From contig CM119371.1 in NCBI GenBank assembly GCA_051294905.1, forward strand, positions 30,320,001 through 30,384,000: a DNA stretch of 64,000 nt, written 5' to 3'. Numbering within the stretch: position 1 is the first letter of the stretch; the number at the start of each line of letters is the position of its first letter. Shown here piece by piece: positions 40,101 through 52,100 of this stretch. The position numbers and the translations under genes are program-made. The notes under the pieces are model-generated. The model was not told the DNA's origin. It saw only the letters and a list, made by a program, of their open reading frames with translations, and ran no database searches. This DNA comes from Botryllus schlosseri. Its lineage: Eukaryota.

Positions 40101-43100
40101 CCGCTGCTTCGCCACTCGCGGTCCACCAGGCAGTAGTCCTTGTTCAGCATGGTAGCTTTTATGCACACAGCTAACGTGTAAACCTTAATTTGTATGGATG
40201 TCATTCATTTGTGTACTGCTACCGCAGCAGTAAATATGAAGATATAATACGAACTTGAAGGGTATGAAATATCAAACCGCAGCTGATAATAGGGGAGATG
40301 TGGTACCGATGGATCAAAAATTGGAAAATGATCGCTGCCCCAAAAATGTTCAGCCGAAAACAGCAGGTCTTTTGCTGGCTCAGCACTTTGATATAAGCTC
40401 TGCCTATCGCGCACATATACATGAATATCCGTCTTTTCAAAAAATATTTATGGACGTTCAAAATTTGTTGCTCGAACGTGTCATCGGTCCCCACCCGGTG
40501 GGTCCAATGGCAAACGACCCGAGAACCTATGACACATATAGCCTAAATACCTCAGATGTGACAACTTTTCTTGCTCAGTACTATAATCTAAGCTACAGTA
40601 AGCCAAAGAAGAATGTTTGATCACAACCGTCAAGAAATAGAGTACATATTAACTCAAATGTTGTCATAAAATCACGTTTCGATTTAGGGTCGGACTTATA
40701 AATTTGAGGGTACATACATATTGCTCGAAAATCGACAGTGTGTCTTCCAAATACCTCGTTATAGCGATAAAACATCATATGCAATTATTACATACAGATT
40801 TTCTATAACTAGGCATTTTTCATTTGTTTTATGCTTAGTATGCTTGATTATTTTGCTTGATTTGGCTATTGTATCATCGGTCCCCACCCTACGAATTTTA
40901 TACATGAATCGAAAAAAATTCTACTCAAGGAAAGTACTGAAATAATAATAGGTGCCATTACGTAGCCTGATACAAGCCCTACACTTCACAATAAAAATGA
41001 TTGCTGGTTTGTTCGTGTTGAAGGTTACAAAGAAAAATGTATATGTCGATATAAATTTACTTTAGACCCTCCAAAACAAAACACATCTGTGAGAGACCCC
41101 ATAGCTCGCGCACGTCGATTTTTTTTTGTATGTGAGGAAAGATTTTGCCAGCAAGCAATTGTAGAAAAGTTCACGGAGAGTAGGGGAGATGTGGTACCGA
41201 TGGATCAAAAATTGGAAAATGATCGCAGGCCCCAAAATGTTCAGCCGAAATCAACAGATCTTTTGCTGGCTCAGCACTTTGATACAAGCTCTAGCTATCG
41301 CGCACATACACATGAATATCCGAATTGTCAAAAAATATTTAGGGACGTTCAAAATTTGTTGCTCGAACGTGTCATCGGTCCCCACTCGGTGGGTCCAATG
41401 GCACACGACCCGGGGACCTGTGACACATATACCCTAAAAAACTTAGATGTGACTACTTTTCTTGATCAGTATTATAATCTAAGCTACAGCAAGCCAAAGA
41501 AGAATGTTTGATCGCAACCGTCGAAAAATATAATAAATATTAACTCAAATGTTGTCATAAAATCACGTTTCGATTTAGGCTCGGACTTATAAATCTGAGG
41601 GTACATACATTATGCCCGAAAATCGACAGTGTGACTTCCAAATACCTCGTTATAGCGATAAAACACCATATGCAATTATTACATAAATATTTTCTGTACG
41701 TAGGCATGTTTCATTTGTTTCATTATTAGTATGCTTGATTATTTTACTTGATTTGGCTATTGTATCATGGGTCCCCACCCTACGAGTTTAATACATAAAT
41801 CGAAAAAAATTCTACTCAAGGAAAGTACTGAAATAATAATAGGTGCCATTACGTAGCCTGATACAAGCCCTACACTTCACAATAAAAAAGATTGCTGGTT
41901 TGTTCGTGTTGAAGGTTACAAAGAAAAATGTATATGTCGATCTAAATTTAGTTTACACCCCCCAAAACAAAAAACATCTGTGAGAGACCCCATAGTTCGC
42001 GCACGTCCAATTTTTTTGTATGTGAGGAAAGATTTTGCCAGCATGCAATTGTAGAAAAGTCCACGGAGTGTAGTCATGGAATAATCATAGAGAATTTTCG
42101 AAGTATTTTCGGTCCCAGTGATCCATCGGTACCACATCTCCCCTACTTATCATTTCAATACGGATTATATATATTTTAAGCACATTCGTAAAAGCGCTAT
42201 TCGCTCAGTATTGTAATCGCCTTCTTCAGGGGCTGATGCGTTTTCGCGTCATGTCATTTACGATAGACTTACGACAGCGATTTGCGTGAAAACTTGAATT
42301 TCTCTTACATTTGAAACCATATTTTTATTTGTAAGTCGAATGAAGTTTATGCGAAACTTTGGAGAAAAATGGACATTACCAAAAATATACAGGTAATTCT
42401 GCTCACAGCCCTGGAACCCCACAAAATCAGCCTTGAATTTTGGATTGTGATGGAGTTATACATTGTGAAGCAGTAATGTTGTCTGGCTCTTGCGCCTGAG
42501 CTGCACTCTCGTTTATCATACAGCATTGTTCCGTGACTGTACATGTGCATGACTCCATCACAATCCAAAATTCGAGGCTGATTTTGGATGGTTCCATGGC
42601 CGTGAGCAGAATAACATTTATATTTTCGTAATCAGTACAGCAGCAGCTTTCCATTGATACCCGTTTAATCAAATTTTGGGTCAGCAAAAATGGACGTGAC
42701 ATTGCCTTGTGTCAAATGGAAAGTGTGACGTAACCCAAATGCAGTGAGCCGATCAATCTGGCTGTGTCCACACCATTTAGAACACCATGATTGCATTGTA
42801 TGGTACACTTGGTGGTACACCCACAGTTTCGAACACTAAACTGGGTCGTTTTGGAGAAATGGATTTGAAAAATCTGTTTGATTCGGTGATTTTGACACGA
42901 AATGATAGAACAAAAGGCCATAAACAGGTTCAGTACGTGTGCAGATGACAAAGCCTGTTTGAGTTCTCCGAGAAATGAGAACTGCTTCGTCACTGTCCAG
43001 TGTCCACCTCTGATAAGCGAAAAATGACTTTTTTCTCACCCCAACAAGAAAATCTGACAATGACAAGCTCAAAATCAGGCGATTGCTGATTTCAACTCGA

Positions 43101-46100
43101 GTTGTAAGTTTGCTAGAATTTTTCTTGCCGCTCTTGGTGATAATGCTACGTGCTGTCAATCCAAATACAGCAGCACATCCAAACACTGCTGCCAAGCCTG
43201 AAGAAACAGGAATACATTGCTCAAATCTGAGGTATCAAACTCGAAGCCTGCGAAAAAATGTTGTGCGGCCCGCGTCAAATTCTGGATTTCCAGGTATTAT
43301 TTGACAATATATTCAAGTGCACATATCTTTTTTCGGATTTTAAAAGTGAAAATCCCCTTTAAAATTGCTCCAAAATCCTGAGACTTCACTATCGCATCAC
43401 TTTGAAACGCTAAAATACGGTGGGAGATCGCTTGCATGATTCATAATTGGTGACTGAAAACTGTGACCTGAACTTGACCATTCGTAGAAATACTTGTACC
43501 AAGACTGACTCCGTGACAGAATCGTAATGGATTGAGTGGACTCGAGGCAAACGTTAAGATCAGAGAAGGTCTTCTGACTATATAAACACCAAGGCTTGGT
43601 TACAGTCATGGATGCAACAAACTATCCGCGTATATCATCAGGGCCGTAACTGCCGCACCGCCCTCCCAGGGGCGCGCTCGAAGGGACCACAAATTATTTC
43701 GCAAATCAATATCAATTAAATCACCCGTTAGGTCCGCAGAGACAAATGGCAGGACGAGTTCACTGCAGAGGAGGGAGGGCACCACTACCGGATGTTGCGA
43801 CCATCTATATCAACAGTGGCGCCAGATTCCTGCCCAAATCGCCTATATGAAAGAATCCTGTTTCGCCTCCAAACTGGTCACTGTCGCCTTGCGGCACACC
43901 TGCTCAAAATAGGGTGCGCCGACTCCCCCCTTTGTAATGTGTGTTACATCCCCGACATGGTTGACCGCACACTGTTGCATTGCAAAAAATATGACGTTCA
44001 ACGAACATTTCTTGCCGACGCATGTACCACGCTCAATGTACCGCTTACTTTAACCAATTTACTTACTATGCGGCAATTTGTTACCCCGGTCGCCGAGTTT
44101 ATTTCATTTCATGTAACTTGTATATACAATTTGAAGGTTATTATAAACCTATGTCCAAGAGCACGAAAATTGAATCCTTGATAACATATTTTGTCCGTGG
44201 TCAACAAGGCCGGAAACGGCGACACGCGCCACTTAAAACTCCTCATTAATATTAATAATAATATTAACATCAATTAAATAGTATTTTGTAAATTGGAGGA
44301 GATTTATGCAACTTCAGCTTTTTCCTCGCGCTGAGCGCGATTTCATGAACTGAGATATGTCGATGGGTACCTCCACGCGCCAATAAAAATATGTATGATT
44401 CATAAAAAAAAATAGACATTTCGACGCCAGCCATTACCGCTCCACTTAATAAAACCCAGGCTGAAAATTCCCGCTGCATGTTGGACGAATTCATCGATAT
44501 ATATACATGTCCAATTGTCCATTGTCCGTATAGGCGCATAGATGACCAGCGCGCTTGCACTTGCAATATGAGCCTCATACAGTACATATGCGACCCGGGC
44601 ACCCGCAGAAGAAAATGATGCGCACCATGAAGAAATGCCAGTTTGGAATCGCATGCGGCTCACAAAAGAAGTTTTACTTTTATTTTACTCTGGTACCTTT
44701 GGACGATTCCAATATATTTTGCTTATATAGAAGTAACGACATGAAACAAAGTAATCATTAGCAGGCCCGCCCGAAGATATATATTTAGTAATTACGTGCC
44801 CTAAATCTTCGAAGTCACTATGCTTATCTGTCCCCATATTTAAAGGTAAATCAAACGCTTTTTGATAATTTCGTCCCGCCAAGTTAGGCCTACTTCGAAA
44901 TAGTACATAGCATACCCAATGGGTATTACCCATATTGATGCTGCGGACCGCTGCGTCAACAAAACTAGGAAATTGGCCCGCAAGCACATTTGAGTTTGAG
45001 TTTTATATGTTCCTATAATAGCCTTACTTTTTCCATTATTTATGACTTGAATTACACCAGGCCATGGTGACACAACTCATAAACTGCGAGCCAAACACAG
45101 TCCATTTCTAAGTGATGAAAAGATAGGTGTTCAATGTTCATGCGCATATCAATGCACATGTCATTTGAAAATTCTCTCTACATATCAATAGAAAAAACAG
45201 CTTACTAATGATCCAAGCTACAGCAAGAACAGCTTTGTTCGCTATCATAGACTCTTCGTCCGAGAAGGCGCTGTCGATACAACCTTGTTGGCATTCGTCA
45301 GATCCCGCCTCGCAGTCTTGGACTCCATCACATATCTGAAATCAACACTTATCTTTACATACATATTCCAGCAGGTGTTTCATAAATTAAAAGACACTCC
45401 GTGACATACCCGACACACTCAGTACCGCATGAACCAATCATGTCTACGGCTGAGGTATATCAATTGGCCAATGGACATACTGTTAATAAGGCTGGGCAAA
45501 ATCGAGTACCAGAGTGATTCGATTCTGAATCACGTTTTACGCTTCGAGTCGAGTCGAGTCGAGTCGAGTATTCGAGTATCATTCATTATGACGTCACAGC
45601 AGTATGTACTATGTCAAAGTTCTAATATTAACCTTTTATGTCACCACAAAGACATACGGCCTGTTATCTGTGACATTAAACCTACTTCGGTATTTTTTCG
45701 ACCATACCGATTTCATTGCACTTCTTGACAATGTTGTGGTATGGTCATGACTTCGGAAATGTGTCATTTTCAGTAACGTTCGTAGCTTTGTACTATGTCT
45801 CGTATGCTGCGACACGGTCAATCAAGATTTCAAGACTTCTTCAGCGGAAAATAGTCTAATAACCAGTGTTGGGATGACTCGAGTCATGACTTGACTCGAG
45901 TCAGACTCGAGTCAACTTTTTCGTATGACTTGACTTGACTCGAGTCACTTTAGAAAAATGACTTGACTTGACTTGACTCGAGGCTTTAAAAATGCGCATT
46001 GACTCGTGACTCGGAGCAAAATTTACGAGTCAATTTCAAGTCATCAAGTAAACGGTGTCGAATAAATCACTGTATCTTGTGTAGGCCTATGTTCGGATTG

Positions 46101-49100
46101 TTCGAGATACGCCGGTGTCACTTGTGAGAGCAGCCAGTCATTCACTGATCGTACGATACACTGATCCTCGATTGTTAGATCACAAATAAATAGACCGCAA
46201 ACTAAAGTATCACAGCTTGCGTTGTCGTAGTAGTAGTAGTAGTAGAAGAAGATTACTCTAAATAGAAATGTGTCTCTGTTTCTTAGACGGATCAATGCTT
46301 ACGTTGCGAAGTGCTCACCTTTACCAACCTTTATGTATGATTTAAATCAAACAAATATAGTTTGGGCGTTTATTTACTCACGGATGTATAGATGTTGATT
46401 ATGTCCTATATTTTGGCTGATAATAACTGACTGTAGCATGTCACTGTACAGTTACTCACGTATTTTATTAACAGTTCTACGTGTGCGGGAGTGATACAAC
46501 GTCTTTTCGCAGGTATATTTAACTAGATATTCGTTATTTTATTCAAGATAAATGATCAGCATTGATTAATTAATCTGTCTTTCACACAGCTAGCAAAGTG
46601 TAATGACTTTGAATCATCACCAGGCCTGTTTATTTTTGGATATTGGGTTTTATTTTTGGAGATTCTCCAAAATTAAGAATTGAAAACATCCAAAAATAAG
46701 CTTATTTTGGATGATGTTTTTTCAAGTTTTTTAGTAAAATGCACGAGTTAGAGCAGTGTAAATACTGTTGAAACAACCAGGAAACTCACAAACACACACA
46801 AAAACAGCATGTGTGTGCGGCCTCCAAAACGCTACAAGTACTTCCACCCACTGGAAGGATCAGAGGCGACACGACAAGGGTTGAAGAGGCGGCATGGTAT
46901 GAAATCGTGCGAGTGCGGTGCGGGCGGGACCTTTGTAACGCAGGCCGAATACCGCCTCCTCTACGACAATAACTTCGTCCACACGATGATGGGACTGAAT
47001 GGCTACCTCCAACGGCAACAGGACTTGATCCAGGAAAAGAAAAGTATGAGCCCCAAGTTTGTAGACACATGTTGGTTGTCAATTAAGAAGATGACCACTT
47101 GGTTGACTAGACACCGTACCAAACTCCTCGGGGTTATAAACGATAAAGGTCCGGCCTGTGCACCTCCGCTGCAGTAGTGGATCCAACTAATCGTCCTCGA
47201 GCGCATGGCCACAGAGCTGAGCACCACCGTCACAAAGATTCTGGGACTTGGCCATCTGATCGTGGAGCATCAGGATGAGCTCCATCGCCTGGTCGAACGC
47301 CTTCGATCTCGGTTCCCAGCTGAGGACTGGGACAATGACACTCGCGGCAAGGAATTTCCTCTGGTCAGAGGGTGCTGGGCTATCAAGTTCACTGAGTCAC
47401 GCAATTTCGTGGAGGATCAGAGTGTGCACTGTGCAGTCCTCGACCTTCTCGAGAATATCGACGAAGAAGATAAGTAGTCCACGTTCGAGGCAGCCAGGAG
47501 CCTTATAGCAGGGCTCATCGGCGGCATAAAGAAAATTGAAGTTGCCGACAATGAAAGGGTTCTGCCCTGTCTACCACACCAAGTGGTGCAACCTCGTAGA
47601 CTGGACAGAACAAACACTTGCTGCTCTTTTAGATTCTAATAATATAAACAAAAGTGATGTAAGCTACTTTATTTGCAGCTCAGTGAATTGATCGACAAAC
47701 ACCGGGGTGGGCTGTCGAACAAGTGGACACCTGAGTAGACACAGAATATCGAAGACCAATTCCAATCCATGCCTGTCCGATACAAAATGGACGTCACTTT
47801 CAAGCGCATTATTGACGAGTGACAGTTCTTTGGACCCACATGGCTCGATGTTTCCCACAACTGCGACGGTCGAAGCCGATTTCTCGAAAATCAACTGGGA
47901 GAAAGGTCATTACCGGGCGTCACCCACTGATTTTTATTTGGAGGGTATTCTCCAGGACAAAGACTTTGTGGCGAAAGTATTAGAAAGTTAGATCAAGATC
48001 ACTGATGATGTCGATGTGTTGAAGAACATGAATACATGATAATAACATACTTTCGGTGAAGTTTTCTATGTAGTATTAGGGCTAAAAACACCTTGATTTC
48101 TTATTTTTGGAGATTCTCCAAAAATAAAATTTGAAAACATCCAAAACTAAGCTATTTTTGTTATTTTTGGAGAAATCCAAAAATAAACAGGCCTGATCAT
48201 CACTCATACATCGAAAATTCAATTTGACTTGAATTGTGACTTGACTCGTGACTTGACTTGACTTGACTCGACTTGACTCGAGTCACCTCCAAAAAACGAG
48301 TGACTTGACTTGACTCGAGTCACTTTTGAAAATCGATTGACTTGACTTGACTCGAGTCAAAATCTGCAATGACTCGAGATGACTCGTGACTCGAAGGTAG
48401 TGACTTGATCCCAACACTGCTAATAACTTCAATTCTCCTTAGTAAATTAACTCCCAGTTGCGAGGAGCGTATAATTTCAGTACTAAAAAATATAGTATTT
48501 TACTGCTCGACTCGAATCCTTAAAATTAATACTCGATTCAGATTCGAGTACTCGAATTATTGTGCCCAGCCCTAACTGTTAATTGTGCTCTCGGGAGTGA
48601 ACAATATTCCATAATGCAATCAGAGTTCCATTGGAAGTAGAATATAAATTTCCGACCCATTACAAGTCGAAGTAGCGATTTCACAGACTTGTCAAACAAC
48701 TGCAAGTGGAAATGGAATATGAAAGTCGGAAGTCCAGTACACGTAGCTTCAAAAAAGATATTTCTTCGCAGTGTCGAATACTTTCTCGATTGCAATTACG
48801 CATCTGGGCGGCTAGCGCAAAAGGACTATAAGTATAGGCTACCTATACTATAAATAGTCGGGTTTCCATATTTTGAAATACGGAAATAGGAACACTTTTT
48901 AAAGTCCTAAAAGTTAGTTTTCCCAAATCGTTAACAGCTGATTTTGACATATTTATTGGAAATCTTGTTTTGTTGAACAATGAAAAAAAGGTCATCACTA
49001 GGGCCAGTTTTTGCAACTTTTGTAACTGTTTTTAAAAACTTCTGTCAGCTTCCTAAACACTCAGAATTATGTAGTATGGTGTTTTAAGCTGTTTGGAGAA

Positions 49101-52100
49101 ATGTCATATCGCAACTTTTTGCAACCTTTCTTCATTTTTTCATGCAACTTTTTGCAACTCTTTTCGGTTTTTCATGCAACGTTTGAAGCGATTTTTTAGG
49201 TAACTGATTTTTTACTGGATATATTTCGCTAGATCGCTTGGTTTGTTTGTCTGTTTGTTTTTTGGGGTATTCATGGTGTTTGTCGACTACTATGGTCATT
49301 TACGCCAGGCCGATATTCTTCTTATTTTCCGTAACTGCCGACTTATAGCACGGCCCACCTCTAGGCTTTTGTAGGACACCGCTGACGCGGATGAGGTGGC
49401 GAGGAGGAGCCTAGGTAAACCTCCAATACTTAGGTGTCGGAATTCGGAAGTCGACCTTGGTCGGACTCGAACCCACACCCATTGGTGTTGCAGCTGCGGA
49501 TTATACCATTGCGCTATCTCGCCACAGATCGCTTCGTTAGTTCACTGTCATTTACATTTCAGATTCTTTCTGATTTGACGTATATTCAGGCCAGACCGAC
49601 AGAAATTATTTTTACACTGGGTCAATTTTTTCAGGCTTTTGATTTTGTTGAAGTCGTCAACATCAAGTTTTGCTGCAGTGCCTTGGATACGGAACGATTC
49701 GAGTATCTCATATTCTAATGATTTCAAGGAACTGGGCCATGAATGCAACTTTTTACTGCAACTTTTGTGAAAGATAAGTGCAACTTTCCACGGATTTGAC
49801 TGCAACAAAACCTTGCCCTAACATCACTATGATTCGACTCCCGAATGACCCGTTAGAACGTCCGCAATACCCATTTTGTGTCATTTATATCTATTTTCAC
49901 TTGACCCTGTCCATTAGCCTAGCTGTAAAACCTGTAAAGGCGTCATCGGAGGATATTTTCAATTTTCTGAAAAAGGAGGATGACTGTTCCAAAGGAGGAT
50001 GTTGGTAACCCTAGCAAATAGGTGCAATTAGATTTAGTTATCATGACACGGAGGCTATTTCGCCTCGCCCGGCTTTTGTGACAATTTCACTCATAACAAA
50101 GATGAGAACATCTCTAAAAGATTGTCTAAAAAATGGCTAAGCGGAAGTGGAAGTTCAGTCTGAGAATATAACCACTCAAGAGTAAATAGTGCAAGCAGCC
50201 AATCATGTTTGCGTGGGTATTCCAAAAAAGTGTAGGATATACTCACGGCTTCGTCCGAAATATAACTCAAACTGCCAGCATCGTTACAATAAAAATGGGA
50301 GCAGTTGCGCTCGTCTGAGCCATCCGGACAATCCTAAAAATGACAAGCGGACCTCTGTGAACAACATCCATCTACGATGTACTTGCTAGCGTTACGTCTT
50401 GTCTGTCGCATATCTTTTCTGGTGCGATATTCGGCAGTGGTTCGTCTTGTGAGCAGTAGAACCTGCACGGATAAGAACGATTTCATGTTGGCCAAGGTTG
50501 CACGTACAACCTTTTAGACACACAGGTAAAATATATAACAAAGTTTAAGCGCGGTCTTTCTAGGAGTTGCAAGGTCCACCATCCTTTTGAGAATTGGTAA
50601 CGGTTATGACGATGCTAATCAATCAAGTTCGCAATCGAGCTACTCATAACAACATCAATAAGCTGACGGGAAATCGCGATTCGCGTTATAAATTAGGGTT
50701 ATAGAATAAGATTTGTCAACAACATTAAATGTGGCAACGAACTTATATGCATATCATATTGATCTTAGTGTTCACGAACATCCTCTTACCAGAGATGAGC
50801 GGATTTGAAATTTCTATGTCCTAATCCAATCCAAATCCGAACCCTCAAATCCAAATCCTAATCCTAATCCATAACTTTTTCATATTCAAGTCCATGTCCA
50901 ATCCTAATCCGATTCCAACTGAAAATTCAGAAAAAATATTAATTTATGCAATGGAGGGATTCGAAAATTTTCTTTCACAGCCAACGATTCACTTGATTCA
51001 AGATAACTTAGTAACCATAAGTACATTAATAACTGATCTGAATAAAGTTTGTCGCCATTCGGCACACGACATTTCAATCTCCCAGAAAATAATTAAATCC
51101 AATCCAAATCCTAATCCGTTCCGAAAAAAATGTCTAATCCAAATCCAATCCAAATCCGACAAAATTTCACAAATCCTGTTTTTTCAAAACCTAATCCTAA
51201 TCCATGCTCATCTCTGCCTCTTACCCGCTTGAGCTGTGATCAAGCGTATCAAACTATAAACGACACATCCATTTCGCCGGTGGCACACCATTCAAAATCG
51301 ACTCGGCTGTTTGGGACGCAAAACTTACGCCCGCACGTTGCACAGCACTGATGCTAGCTGTTGCCAACATGTCAACCCCAGTATAGGCTATAGATAGGTC
51401 AACATGTAAAGTCTACTTTAAATGTATGTGGCTCATGGTGAGTCCAAAAACACTTCAAGTCGTAACGATTCGACTAGTAAATTTTTACATGCAGTATGCG
51501 CATTGTAAAGTTGCATATTGCACGGCGCACGTTGGACGAGTGCACAATATTTGGATCAGCGCCGCGAGTATGCATAGTGAAACACAGAACATGTTTAATG
51601 GATGTAAAGGCCTGTCGTTCGAATCGTTTGCTCTAGAACAGGGGTTCTGAAATTGTAGTGAGAGTAATATCTTGCCTCGGCATGGGAATGCGAGTCTAGA
51701 AATGATCTCCAATAAACTGTGAGAAATTGTATACCACGGAAAAATGAGCTTGTGCAGAGGAAACAGCTGAATCTCACAAATCAAATTATGCCTTTCTGCT
51801 ATGTTCATTGGTGCTATGGATATTTATGACGTCAATAACAAATGAATATTGTTACAGTTGATTACAAGAGGTCACTCTCACTCGGTATCCAAGTAGTAGC
51901 CTACACAAGGTAGTAAACCGAATTAGCGAAGTATACGATATCGGAAAAAAGTTTGAATAATACTGATGTAGAGACTATAATAAGCTATAGCTGATATGTA
52001 TATATATGTGCAATTGTGATTTAATTTTTAAACATGTCTCTTAATAGCATGCCTCTCGTATATCATGGCAGCAAATCTACTGGTGGATGTTGCGCCGTGT

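Larger units (their letters stand above)
45864..48419. mobile_element. hAT-like element with (gactt)n/gactcgagtc subterminal arrays, middle layer
   Basis: TIR cagtgttgggat / atcccaacactg with exact TSD ctaataac. Confidence 0.9.
45487..48574. mobile_element. hAT-like MITE, outer layer of a triple nest
   Basis: TIR taaggctgggc / gcccagcccta with exact TSD actgttaa. Confidence 0.88.

Noticed and set aside
40255..41511. Two similar ORFs (121 and 140 aa) as a duplicated small gene
   Set aside because: Both start outside and read through the TIR of a repeated element, are antisense within an intron, and show no recognisable domain.
45870..48410. gacttgactcga arrays as a regulatory or CRISPR-like system
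   Set aside because: They are subterminal repeats of a TIR element bounded by an 8-bp TSD.
51225..51360. Candidate mini-exons (FDTLDHSSSG; CCATCG-like)
   Set aside because: Exons 54621-54722 and 50396-50462 already join in phase (FSR-FYC), and there is no independent support.
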